Origin: Candidatus Latescibacterota bacterium
GTDB lineage: Bacteria > Latescibacterota > UBA2968 > UBA8231
Length of the DNA: 64,000 bases
Assembly: GCA_965223905.1 (NCBI GenBank)
Contig: CBDCXV010000001.1
Location: 224,001 to 288,000 of the forward strand
Direction of reading: 5' to 3'
This document shows positions 18,343-27,526 of this stretch, piece by piece; within the stretch, counting starts at the first letter, position 1, and each line of letters begins with the position of its first letter. The notes beneath the pieces were generated by a model. It was not told the origin of the DNA. It ran no database searches and was given only the letters and a program-made list of their open reading frames with translations. A program made the position numbers and the translations under genes.

Positions 18343-20598
18343 ATGGCAAAATCACTCGTTGTAGTAGAATCACCTGCAAAGGCGACCACAATCAACAAGA
18401 TTCTCGGCAAGGACTACCTGGTCAAGTCCTGCATGGGACATGTGCGCGACCTGCCTCCAAAGGAGTTGGGCGTCGACGTCGACAACGATTTCAATCCCCG
18501 GTACGTCACCATCAGGGGCAAGGGAAAGATTCTGGCGGACTTGCGCAAGGCCGCCCGGACAGCGGACGAGATCTATCTCGCAACCGACCCGGACCGCGAA
18601 GGCGAGGCGATAGCCTGGCACGTTGCCCACGCAATCGGCAACAAGGATGACCTTCCGGTCAAACGCATCCTGTTCAACGAAATCACCCCGAAGGCAGTGC
18701 GCGAGTCGATCGCCAAGTCGGGAAAGCTCGACCTCAGAAAGGTCAACGCCCAACAGGCACGCCGCGTGCTCGACCGCTTGGTGGGGTACGAAATCAGCCC
18801 GTTGTTGTGGAAGGTGATACACGCAGGCCTGTCGGCCGGGCGGGTGCAATCGGTCGCCCTTCGTATGATCTGCGAGCGAGATGCTGAAATCAACGCCTTC
18901 GAGCCGCAGGAGTACTGGACGATCGATGCCTTGCTCAAACAGAAAAATGGTTCTGCCACTCTTTCTGCCGAAGGCGAACTTCCTGCCTTCACGGCGCGAT
19001 TGCTGCAGCACCGCAACGAGAAGCTCGTCATATCGAACCAGGAACAGGCGGACGCCATCGTCGCCGATCTGCGCAAGGCGGATTTCGCCGTCAAGCAGGT
19101 GAAGCGGAAAGAGCAGCGGCGGCGGCCCTCACCCCCTTTCATCACCAGCACTTTGCAGCAGGATGCGGCCCGGCGACTGCGCTTCACCGTCAAGCGCACC
19201 ATGGCTGTGGCACAACAGCTCTACGAAGGGATCGAGGTACAGGGGGAGACTCGTGGTTTGATCACTTACATGCGAACCGACTCGGTGCGAGTCTCCGATG
19301 ACGCCATTGCCGAGGTCCGCGAGCATATCGGCAAGACGTACGGAGAGAAGTACCTTCCTTCAAAACCGAATGTCTACAAAACCCGGCGCGGAGCGCAGGA
19401 CGCTCACGAGGCGATCCGACCCACGTACCTGGACCTGCTTCCCGGTGAGCTGAAAAACAGGTTGAGTCCGGACCAGGCCAAGCTCTACACCCTCATCTGG
19501 AAACGCTTCGTCGCTTCGCAGATGGGACCCCAGGTTCTCGATATCACCAGCGTCGACATTTCCGCCGCCGACTATCTGCTGCGAACCACCGGGTCGCGTA
19601 CGAAGTTCCCTGGGTTCTCCGTGCTCTACACGGAAAGCAGAGAAGATGAAGGGGACAGCGAGAGGACCCAGTTCCCTCCCGGAATCGCAGCCGGACAGGA
19701 GCTCGACGCCCTGCACCTGAAGCCGGAACAGCATTTCACCAAGCCTCCCCCTAGGTACTCCGAAGCATCCCTCGTAAAAGAGCTCGAGGCGAAAGGTATC
19801 GGCAGACCCAGCACCTACGCGCAGATCATTAGCACCCTGCAGGATCGGGAGTACGTGGAAAAACTGGACCGCTACTTCGTGGCCACGGAGCGCGGACAAA
19901 CGGTCAACAAGCTTCTTATCGAGACCTTTCCCACCATCTTCGACGTCCGCTTTACCGCAAAAATGGAAGACGAACTCGACCGCATTGAGGACGGCAAGGA
20001 GAACTGGGTGGAGACGGTGCGCCAGTTTTATGGATCCTGGAGCGATTCCTTGAAGGATGCGAACTCGCGACGTCGCGAGCTCAAGCAGTCCCTGCAGGAA
20101 GAGACCGACATTGTCTGCGAGGATTGCAATCGCAAAATGGTTGTGAAGTGGGGCCGAAACGGCCGTTTCCTCGCATGCCCGGGCTACCCGCATTGCAAGA
20201 ATACCAAACCTCTCGAACAGGATCAGGAGCAGGGGCGGACCGACGAAAAGTGCGAGCTTTGCAGCTCTCCAATGGTCGTCAAGACCGGGCTCTACGGACG
20301 CTTTCTCGCCTGCAGCGGATACCCCGATTGTCGCAACGTCAAACCGTACTCGCTCGGGATATCCTGCCCGGAGCAGGACTGTGGTGGTGAAGTGGTGGAG
20401 AAGCAATCCCGAAAGGGGAAGGTGTTCTACAGCTGCAATCAGTACCCGAATTGCAGGTTCGCCAGCTGGGACAAACCGGTGGAAGGTCCCTGTCCTCACT
20501 GCGAAGCGCCGCTCCTGTACGAAAAGAACAGCCGGAACGGGGCGCCGATGCTGCTCTGCCGCGTGTGCGAAAACCGGTTCGAAAACACTGCCGCTTGA
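18343..20598 (+). CDS. topA: DNA topoisomerase I
   Basis: LVVVESPAKA, ATDPDREGE, SAGRVQS, GLITYMRTDS, GIGRPSTY, C-terminal Zn ribbons; start set at MAKSLVV. Confidence 0.98.
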   Translation: MAKSLVVVESPAKATTINKILGKDYLVKSCMGHVRDLPPKELGVDVDNDFNPRYVTIRGKGKILADLRKAARTADEIYLATDPDREGEAIAWHVAHAIGNKDDLPVKRILFNEITPKAVRESIAKSGKLDLRKVNAQQARRVLDRLVGYEISPLLWKVIHAGLSAGRVQSVALRMICERDAEINAFEPQEYWTIDALLKQKNGSATLSAEGELPAFTARLLQHRNEKLVISNQEQADAIVADLRKADFAVKQVKRKEQRRRPSPPFITSTLQQDAARRLRFTVKRTMAVAQQLYEGIEVQGETRGLITYMRTDSVRVSDDAIAEVREHIGKTYGEKYLPSKPNVYKTRRGAQDAHEAIRPTYLDLLPGELKNRLSPDQAKLYTLIWKRFVASQMGPQVLDITSVDISAADYLLRTTGSRTKFPGFSVLYTESREDEGDSERTQFPPGIAAGQELDALHLKPEQHFTKPPPRYSEASLVKELEAKGIGRPSTYAQIISTLQDREYVEKLDRYFVATERGQTVNKLLIETFPTIFDVRFTAKMEDELDRIEDGKENWVETVRQFYGSWSDSLKDANSRRRELKQSLQEETDIVCEDCNRKMVVKWGRNGRFLACPGYPHCKNTKPLEQDQEQGRTDEKCELCSSPMVVKTGLYGRFLACSGYPDCRNVKPYSLGISCPEQDCGGEVVEKQSRKGKVFYSCNQYPNCRFASWDKPVEGPCPHCEAPLLYEKNSRNGAPMLLCRVCENRFENTAA

Positions 20599-21584
20599 GC
20601 AGTGCCGGCCGAGGCCGCGCGGCCCTGGAGAGCGAACCTCTACCCGATTCTACCGCACGATCCGAGGACGCCCCGAACCCCTCTGCGCCCCTCGAAGACG
20701 GCATCGCCCACTTTCTACATCACCTGCAGAAGAGCGGCCGCCCCGCTTCGACCATTGGTGCATACCGCTCCGACCTGAATCAGTTCGCCCTCTTCGTGCA
20801 TCCGCGAACGGCAGACGCGTCGATCGGTTCCATCGGCCGCGGACTGGTAGGCAAGTTCCTGTGCGAACAAAAACGGAAAAACAAACCTGCAACCGCCCAG
20901 CGAAAACTTTCCGCGGTGAAATCGCTGTTTCGCTTCCTGCGGCGCTCCGGCGTTCGCGATGACGACCCCGCAGCCGGACTGAGGGTCGGCACCAGACCGC
21001 AACCCGTAGAGCCCCGCCTCGGAAAGGAGGCTCTTGCCGAGGTGATCGAAAAAACGCCGGCCGACAGCTTCGCCGCGGTCCGCGACCGCGCTATCATCGA
21101 AATCCTGTACGGAGGTGGGTTGCGGCTCGGGGAGCTGGTCGCGCTGAATCTGACCTCGCTGGAACTCGGATCGGGAATGTTGAAACTCGGCCCGCCGGAC
21201 GCACCGAGGCTCGTGCCGATCGGTTCTCGTGCCGCGGCCACGATGAGGGAATACCTGCTGTGCCGGGCGGACCTTCTGGTCGACAAGGAGATTGCCGGTA
21301 TCGACGCCGGCGCCCTTTTCCTCAACACCTCGGGTAAGCGCCTCCACCGCAGGACGGTGCAACGCATCGTCGAACGCCTGCTGACCTCGGTGAACGGGGG
21401 CGGCCCGCGAACATTGCGGCGCGCCTGCGCCGACCACATGCTCGGAGCCGGTGCCGACGCCGTCGCCGTCGCCGAAATGCTGGGGCGGAGAACCCCTGCT
21501 TCCGCCAACGCCTCCACTGACGATGAAATGGTGCTGCTGGGCCTGCGCACCACCTACGCGGGCAGCCACCCTCGAGACCACTGA
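20595..21584 (+). CDS. XerC-like tyrosine-recombinase-fold protein with degenerate catalytic motifs
   Basis: TIGAYRSDLNQF, RKLSAVKSLFRFL, RDRAIIEILYGGGLRLGEL, C-terminal Y..SHPR; follows topA with a TTGA overlap. HxLRH reads RTLRR and LGH...Y reads LGR...S. Confidence 0.82.
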   Translation: MSSAGRGRAALESEPLPDSTARSEDAPNPSAPLEDGIAHFLHHLQKSGRPASTIGAYRSDLNQFALFVHPRTADASIGSIGRGLVGKFLCEQKRKNKPATAQRKLSAVKSLFRFLRRSGVRDDDPAAGLRVGTRPQPVEPRLGKEALAEVIEKTPADSFAAVRDRAIIEILYGGGLRLGELVALNLTSLELGSGMLKLGPPDAPRLVPIGSRAAATMREYLLCRADLLVDKEIAGIDAGALFLNTSGKRLHRRTVQRIVERLLTSVNGGGPRTLRRACADHMLGAGADAVAVAEMLGRRTPASANASTDDEMVLLGLRTTYAGSHPRDH

Positions 21585-21689
21585 CCGGGACATCCTCGAA
21601 GACGAGTACCTCAGCCGCTACGTTCTGTGATTACTCGATCCTGTCCGCCGGCCGGAGCACTGTCCTCCCCTGTCGGCGAGCCTCCCCGT

Positions 21690-23333
21690 ATGCCGCCCTG
21701 CATCCCGGATCCGGGACCACGTCGGCACTGGTTTTCCCTGCTCCTGGTCGCCGTCGCCTTCTCCGGAGCACACTGTGCCAAGGTCGGCAGGCCACCGGGC
21801 GGGGAGGTCGACAGGACGGCCCCGGAAATCGTCGGCCATACCCCGGCGGCCGACGAAACGGAGGTGGCGGTGGAGAGCGCCATCGTTCTCCGTTTCAGCG
21901 AAGGAATGGATCGCAGGCGAACCGAGGAGGCGATCTTCATCGCTCCGCGAGCCGAGCTGGGCTTCCGTTGGAAAGGTCGCACGCTCGAAGCCTCCCCTGG
22001 CCGCCTTCTCGAGAAGCAGACCTACGTGATCACCGTCGGGACCGACACCAGGGACCGGCGCGGCAACTCGCTGCCGGAACCGTACACCTTCGCCTTCGCC
22101 ACCGGGGAGGAATTGAATCAGGGGCGGCTCCACGGCCGCGTCTACGAGGAAGCGAGGCCTGCGGCCGGGGCCCGGGTATGGGCCTACGATGTCCGCCACT
22201 TCGAGGGACGCGCAGGCAGCGATCTCCCAGACTATCAGACGCAAGCCTCGCAGGACGGCTCATACGAATTCAAACGCCTTTCCGCAGGGCGTTTCCTCGT
22301 GATCGCATTTGGCGATAAAAACCGCAATTCGCGCCGGGACGCCGGCGAATCACTTGCCCTGCCCGCCCGCATTCACGACCTCTCGCAGAGCCAAAATGTC
22401 CATGCAGGAGATCTGCTGATGGTCAAAGGACAACTGACCGCCCCCCGGCTGAAGCGGGTACAGGCCCTCGACGAGAACCGACTCCTCCTGGCCTTCGACC
22501 GCGAGGTGAACCCCCTGGACTCCGAAGTTGAAATCAATGGGCTCGAGGTGCAGGCAGTCTATTCCAAGGCCGGCGACCGAACCAGGCTGTACGTCCTCAC
22601 CGGCCCCCAGCAGGCAGGGGCAAAATACCGTTTCGCCAGGCTCGTCGTAGAGAAGCAGCAGGTTTCGTGGGACCAGCCGTGGCGCGCCAGCACCCGAAAG
22701 GACAAGAAGGCTCCTTCCGTGGTCTCGGTTACCCCCTCGAAAATGGGAGCTGCCGGCGATTCACTGGCGCTCGAGTTCGACGAGGGGATGTCCACGGATA
22801 CCCCGGGCGATGATTTCTGGATCGAGACCGACTCGACCACGTCGGTAGACGGTACCTGGAGATGGGAAACTCCGACGCGGTTGGTGTTGGTTCCGCACGA
22901 GTCCCTGAAACCGGGATCCAATTCCCTGCGAGGCCGGCTCGGACATCTGAGCGACCGCGCCGGCCTCGCCCCGGCCGACAGCCTTGTCGAGCTCGACTTC
23001 GAGGTGCTCCCGGCATCCGAGCTGCCGTCTCTCTCCGGGACGGTCAGTGGGGAATCCCTCCTCGATCTGAGCGAAGTGATGGTAGTCGCCAGGCCTGTAT
23101 CGGGTGAGGGCACCTACACCGCCGATTCCGACAGCAATGGAGCCTTCTCCCTCGAGAAGGTGCTTCCCGGAGAGTATTCGGTGATGGCGTTTGCCGACCG
23201 CAACGGCAATCGCGTAGCGGATGCCGGTACCCCGGATCCCTTCACGCCGGCTGAAGCGGTTTCGGTCTCCGCCGACAAGGTGGTGGTTCGCAGAGGACAA
23301 TTGGCCGCTGGAATCGACCTCGAGCTCAGGTGA
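21690..23333 (+). CDS. Ig-like (Big_5/SbsA-like) domain lipoprotein
   Basis: Signal, then CAKVGRPPGGEVDRTAP; FSEGMD; DRRGN; repeated AFxDxNxN motifs; start uncertain (21627/21690). Confidence 0.78.
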   Translation: MPPCIPDPGPRRHWFSLLLVAVAFSGAHCAKVGRPPGGEVDRTAPEIVGHTPAADETEVAVESAIVLRFSEGMDRRRTEEAIFIAPRAELGFRWKGRTLEASPGRLLEKQTYVITVGTDTRDRRGNSLPEPYTFAFATGEELNQGRLHGRVYEEARPAAGARVWAYDVRHFEGRAGSDLPDYQTQASQDGSYEFKRLSAGRFLVIAFGDKNRNSRRDAGESLALPARIHDLSQSQNVHAGDLLMVKGQLTAPRLKRVQALDENRLLLAFDREVNPLDSEVEINGLEVQAVYSKAGDRTRLYVLTGPQQAGAKYRFARLVVEKQQVSWDQPWRASTRKDKKAPSVVSVTPSKMGAAGDSLALEFDEGMSTDTPGDDFWIETDSTTSVDGTWRWETPTRLVLVPHESLKPGSNSLRGRLGHLSDRAGLAPADSLVELDFEVLPASELPSLSGTVSGESLLDLSEVMVVARPVSGEGTYTADSDSNGAFSLEKVLPGEYSVMAFADRNGNRVADAGTPDPFTPAEAVSVSADKVVVRRGQLAAGIDLELR

Positions 23334-23342
23334 CGCAGCGAA

Positions 23343-23693
23343 ATGCGCTACCTCCAGATCCTCGGGGCCCTCTTGATTCTCGGCGTTATCGGAATCATCC
23401 AGTTCTCACGGCTGAAGCCGGAAGAAGCCGGCGAGATCGAGCTGACGGCCCGACTGGAGGCGTTTTACCTGATGCAGACGGAATACCGCAAGGAGCACCA
23501 GGTGTTTTTCAACCCGCAGGCGGAGCCGTACCGCAGCCAGTTGTCCTGGCTGGAGGAATGCGACTGCGAGGTGCGCTGGAGCCGCGAGGGGTTTTCCGTC
23601 GTCGCCCGCGCCGACTTCGACGGGGACGGAATCAGCGGGGTCTGGTACATCGGCCACGAGAGCCCCGAGATCGAGAAGCTGGCCGCGGACTAG
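23343..23693 (+). CDS. Small pilin-like membrane-anchored protein
   Basis: N-terminal TM; helix ELTARLEAFYLMQTEYRKEHQVF; C-terminal FSVVARADFDGDGISGVWYI. Confidence 0.55.
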   Translation: MRYLQILGALLILGVIGIIQFSRLKPEEAGEIELTARLEAFYLMQTEYRKEHQVFFNPQAEPYRSQLSWLEECDCEVRWSREGFSVVARADFDGDGISGVWYIGHESPEIEKLAAD

Positions 23694-23718
23694 CGCCAAC
23701 TTTCCCGACGGCAAGCCG

Positions 23719-24612
23719 CTACCGGTCCACCGGGTACACGTGTGACTCCACCCGCCCTCCCTTCGGGTAGGACCCGATTACGGCGACGCTGGCGGCGATT
23801 CCCCCTGCTTCGGCAAGCGCCTGATCGACCGGCTCTTCACCGACAGCCCCCTCAAAGTCGACGTACACGTCGTAGAGGTACGGCTCGCCGAGTCGTTTGC
23901 GCGACTCGACTCTGTGCAGTCGGAGCTGTCTCGATGCCAGGCAGGTCAGAATCTCACCCAGATCCCGGGCAGAATCCGCAAGGCTGATCACGGCGCTGGT
24001 CTTCATGTCGTCACTGCAGCTTTTCCCTGGGGCTCCGGCGACCACGAGAAAGCGGGTGTAGTTGTCCCGGCGCGATTCGATTGCCGAGGCGAGGACCTTC
24101 ATCCCGTGATCCGCGGCGGCCTGCGCCGGTGCGATGGCGGCATCCTCGAGCTGCCCCGCCTCCTTGATCATGGCTACGGCGCCGGCGGTATCGTACACCT
24201 CGTACAGCTCGACACCGTCGAGGGCGGACAGGAACTCCTCGCACTGGGACAGCGCCTGTGGATGAGAAGAGATGCGGCGAATCCGCGACAGGTCGCTGGC
24301 GGGGTTGCCGATCAGGCAGTGGCCGATGCGCAGCGCCAGCTCGCCGACTACCGGCAGCGGACTGCGAAGGAACAGGTCCCAGACCTCGTGGATACTGCCG
24401 GTCAGGGAGTTGTCGACCGGCGCCATACCGAAGGCTGCACTGCCCCCCCTCACCGCCTCGAACAGCTTTTCGAATGAAGAGCAGGCCACCAGGTCGAAGT
24501 TCGGGCCGAAGTATTCAAGAGCCGCCAGCTCGCTGTTGCTGCCTCGTTCTCCCTGTATGGCGATGCCCGTAAGCGATGAGGAGGAGGGCACGGCTCGATC
24601 AGTCCGGATCAT
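23719..24612 (-). CDS. pheA: Prephenate dehydratase (PDT + ACT)
   Basis: IAIQGERGSNSE, PVDNSLTGSI, SHPQALSQC, DTAGAV, NYTRF, ESR; start at MIRTD (24612) inside the over-long track ORF. Confidence 0.9.
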   Translation of the reverse strand: MIRTDRAVPSSSSLTGIAIQGERGSNSELAALEYFGPNFDLVACSSFEKLFEAVRGGSAAFGMAPVDNSLTGSIHEVWDLFLRSPLPVVGELALRIGHCLIGNPASDLSRIRRISSHPQALSQCEEFLSALDGVELYEVYDTAGAVAMIKEAGQLEDAAIAPAQAAADHGMKVLASAIESRRDNYTRFLVVAGAPGKSCSDDMKTSAVISLADSARDLGEILTCLASRQLRLHRVESRKRLGEPYLYDVYVDFEGAVGEEPVDQALAEAGGIAASVAVIGSYPKGGRVESHVYPVDR

Positions 24613-24614
24613 CG

Positions 24615-25409
24615 CTATACGGCGATGGCCATCGGAATGGGAGGATGCGGGCGGTAGTTGACCAGCCTGAAGTCTTCGAGGCGGAAAGAGAAGATGTCCT
24701 GGTTGCGGTCCTCTATTACCACCTGCGGCAGGGGGCGCGGGTCGCGGCCCAGTTGTTCGCGCAGCGACTCCACGTGGTTGCTGTAGATGTGAACGTCTCC
24801 GCCGGTCCACACGAAGTCGCCGGGAACGAATCCGCAGACCTGGGAGAGCATCATCGTCAACAGGCTGTAGCTGGCAATGTTGAACGGCACCCCGAGCCCG
24901 ACGTCGCAGCTGCGCTGGTAGAGTTGGCAGCTGAGCTTGTCGCCTGCCACGAAGAACTGGAACAGGCAGTGGCAGGGAGGCAGCGCCATGAGGTCGAGCT
25001 CTCCGACGTTCCAGGCCGAAACCACGAGCCTTCGACTGTGTGGATTGCTGCGCAACATCGCCACGAGCTCCCCGATCTGATCCACGGTCCGCCCGTCCGG
25101 GGCCGCCCACGAGCGCCACTGTTTTCCATAAATGGGACCCAGGTTGCCGGAAGCGTCTGCCCATTCGTCCCAGATTCCGACGGCGTGGTCGCGCAGGTAG
25201 GCGATGTTCGTGTCGCCGCGGAGAAACCACAACAGCTCGTGGATGACGGCGCGCAGGTTCAGCCTCTTGGTGGTCAGGCAGGGAAACCCCTCGCCGAGTT
25301 CGAAGCGCATCTGGTGTCCGAAGACGGCCAGGGTACCGGTTCCGGTCCGGTCCGGTTTTTCGACTCCTTCGTCGAGAATGCGATCGACCAGCTGCAGGTA
25401 TTGTTTCAC
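24615..25409 (-). CDS. thyA: Thymidylate synthase
   Basis: GTG start VKQYL; [48 protein letters not shown]; 264 aa. Confidence 0.97.
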   Translation of the reverse strand: MKQYLQLVDRILDEGVEKPDRTGTGTLAVFGHQMRFELGEGFPCLTTKRLNLRAVIHELLWFLRGDTNIAYLRDHAVGIWDEWADASGNLGPIYGKQWRSWAAPDGRTVDQIGELVAMLRSNPHSRRLVVSAWNVGELDLMALPPCHCLFQFFVAGDKLSCQLYQRSCDVGLGVPFNIASYSLLTMMLSQVCGFVPGDFVWTGGDVHIYSNHVESLREQLGRDPRPLPQVVIEDRNQDIFSFRLEDFRLVNYRPHPPIPMAIAV

Positions 25410-25524
25410 GGGTTTTTCTGCCAGAAAATTGCCATTGGGAGTCGGCCACAATATAGGAAAGCGGGATCGACACGTCCGACACGGGGTCGTGTTCCAACCT
25501 CTCAATCTGCCGCAAGTTCAAGTG

Positions 25525-25552
25525 TTGACAGCACTTCCAGAGCCTGTATACT
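25525..25552 (+). promoter_or_regulatory. Sigma-70 promoter for the tRNA pair
   Basis: TTGACA (25525-25530), 16-bp spacer, TATACT (25547-25552). Confidence 0.8.
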
Positions 25553-25563
25553 TGCTTTTCCGA

Positions 25564-25637
25564 GGCGGCGTAGCCAAGTGGTAAGGCCGAGGCCTGCAAA
25601 GCCTTTATCCCCGGTTCGATTCCGGGCGCCGCCTCCA
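25564..25637 (+). tRNA. tRNA-Cys(GCA)
   Basis: GGCGGCG acceptor stem, GCCAAGTGGTAAGGC D arm, anticodon loop CTGCAAA, GGTTCGATTCC T arm, encoded CCA. Confidence 0.96.
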
Positions 25638-25679
25638 TTTTACTTTTCATGCCGCGCACAGCCCTCGTGCGCACCCGGG

Positions 25680-25768
25680 GCCGGGATGGCGAAATTGGTA
25701 TACGCGATGGACTTAAAATCCATTGGCCGTTTACGGCCGTGCCGGTTCGAATCCGGCTCCCGGCACCA
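25680..25768 (+). tRNA. tRNA-Leu(TAA)
   Basis: GCCGGGA acceptor stem, anticodon arm ATGGA-CTTAAAA-TCCAT, long variable arm, GGTTCGAATCC, encoded CCA. Confidence 0.96.
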
Positions 25769-25916
25769 GAAAAAACCACTGCTCGCGAGCTTCGCAAGCC
25801 TCTGAAAACGAGGCTCCGATCCCTTGCCGCCTGACCTCGGCCAATCCGGCTTGGCGGCGGCCCAACCGTGAAACAGCTGCACTCACCCCTGCAACGGTAG
25901 AAAGCCGAGGCTTGTC

Positions 25917-26792
25917 GTGGACAACCATGTAGGGTTCTTCCTCAACCTCGATCAGGGAAGCATGAGCGACGAGGAAGTCGTAAAGATGCTCGCCGAGACC
26001 GGGTATCAGTGCATCGAGTACGGACTGCAGCACCTCAATCCCCGAACCAGAAGCCCGTCCCAGTTGCGGCAACTGGTGGCAATGACGGAAGCCGGAGGGC
26101 TGACGGTGTCCGAATGGGTGATTCAGCGCGAATTCGTACATCGCGACGAGGCGGTCCGCAGGGATGAGCTCGAGCTGACGAGCGAGTGCATCCGCGCCGC
26201 CGGCGACCTGGGGATCGGGGTGGTCAACTGCTTTACCGGGCCGGCCCCCTTCATGGGTCTGGGAGCACCGGTCCTGCACCAGGAGATCTCCGAAGGGGAG
26301 GCCTGGGACATGGTCTGCAGCGGCTTCGAAGAGATCATTCCCGTCGCGGAAAAGGCGGGGGTCCGGATCGCCGTCGAGGCGGTCTACGGGATGGTATGCC
26401 GCGAATACTACACCCTGGCGGAGCTGCTGCGCCGTTTCGACTCGGACCACCTCGGGGTCAACTACGATCCCTCCCACATGGCGCTCCATTACAACACCGT
26501 TCCCTGGACCGTCCACCAGCTCGCGGAGCGCATTTTCCACTGCCACGTCAAGGATACGGCGGGGGTTCCCGGCAAGGTGTTGGGAGATACGTTCCTGTTT
26601 CCGTTCCTCGGGGAGGGCCGCGTCGACTGGTCCGGTTTTTTCGCCGCCATGAAACAGATCGACTACCAGGGCTGCCTCAGTGTGGAGTTCGAGGCGTTCG
26701 ACTACTTCGACGTAACCCTGAAGAAAGACCTCACCCGCGCCGCGCAGCTGTTCTACCGCGATTTCCAGAGCCTGAACGAACAGTTCGGGTAA
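25917..26792 (+). CDS. Sugar phosphate isomerase/epimerase (xylose-isomerase-like TIM barrel)
   Basis: IAVEA, NYDPSH, HCHVKD, GEGRVDW, SVEFE metal-binding motifs. Confidence 0.88.
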   Translation: MDNHVGFFLNLDQGSMSDEEVVKMLAETGYQCIEYGLQHLNPRTRSPSQLRQLVAMTEAGGLTVSEWVIQREFVHRDEAVRRDELELTSECIRAAGDLGIGVVNCFTGPAPFMGLGAPVLHQEISEGEAWDMVCSGFEEIIPVAEKAGVRIAVEAVYGMVCREYYTLAELLRRFDSDHLGVNYDPSHMALHYNTVPWTVHQLAERIFHCHVKDTAGVPGKVLGDTFLFPFLGEGRVDWSGFFAAMKQIDYQGCLSVEFEAFDYFDVTLKKDLTRAAQLFYRDFQSLNEQFG

Positions 26793-26935
26793 ACGGGCTG
26801 ACCGCACCGCGGCGACTGGAGATGGTGTCTGCCTGTTCCAGCGAAGGCAACGCGGCAAGCCGCGGCCGAATTCACGCGGAATTGTGCAAGGCAGGCACCG
26901 GGTGGCCGCTTCCACCCGGAACACTTTCCGCGGGG

Positions 26936-27523
26936 CTACGGCTTGCTGGCAAGCAGCTGGACCACGGCCTCGCGCCTTCCGCTTTCAACCTCGTTCTCCA
27001 CCTCGGCAAAATGCAGCAGTTCCCAGCCGGCAAACGCGCGCCGCAATTCCTCCGGATCGACGAGGTGGTCGGAATTGCTCGGGCCCCAGCCGAATTTCGC
27101 CTGGGCCTTCGCATAGGTTTGAAACAGGAAATGGCCGCCGCACTTGAGCGCGGCCCTGACAGATGGGAAAAGCGCCGGTTCGTGGAAGTAGAGGTTCGTC
27201 ACGAGATCCCATTTCTCCACACCGGCGTCGAAGGACAGCAGGTCGGCTGCAATCGTCTCGACTCCGACGCCTCGTTCGCCTGCAAGTCGGCGGCACCACG
27301 CCAATCCCGCGGGGGAGATGTCGACGGCGGTCACCGCGAACCCCTGTTCCGCCAGATAGACGGCGTTCCTGCCGGCTCCCGCGGCCAGGCACAGGGCGCG
27401 TCCCGGCTTCAGTTCCCCAACCGCCTGCACGAGAAACGGCACCGGCTCCCGGTTGGGCTCGAATCCGTCCGCCCTGTACCGGGATTCCCATTTCTCCTTG
27501 GGGGACGGTGACTGGCGTGTCAT
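26936..27523 (-). CDS. Class I SAM-dependent methyltransferase (TehB-like)
   Basis: WESRY, ALCLAAGAGRNAVYLA..GFAVTAVDIS. Confidence 0.88.
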   Translation of the reverse strand: MTRQSPSPKEKWESRYRADGFEPNREPVPFLVQAVGELKPGRALCLAAGAGRNAVYLAEQGFAVTAVDISPAGLAWCRRLAGERGVGVETIAADLLSFDAGVEKWDLVTNLYFHEPALFPSVRAALKCGGHFLFQTYAKAQAKFGWGPSNSDHLVDPEELRRAFAGWELLHFAEVENEVESGRREAVVQLLASKP

Positions 27524-27526
27524 ATT

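Noticed and set aside
20595-21584. Integrase marking a mobile element
   Set aside because: It occupies the core topA-xerC position, has no att sites or cargo, and its catalytic residues are degenerate.
23719-25797. 692-aa track ORF suggesting a giant PheA fusion
   Set aside because: Its upstream part overlaps thyA in another frame and runs antisense through two tRNAs; PheA motifs begin only after 24612.
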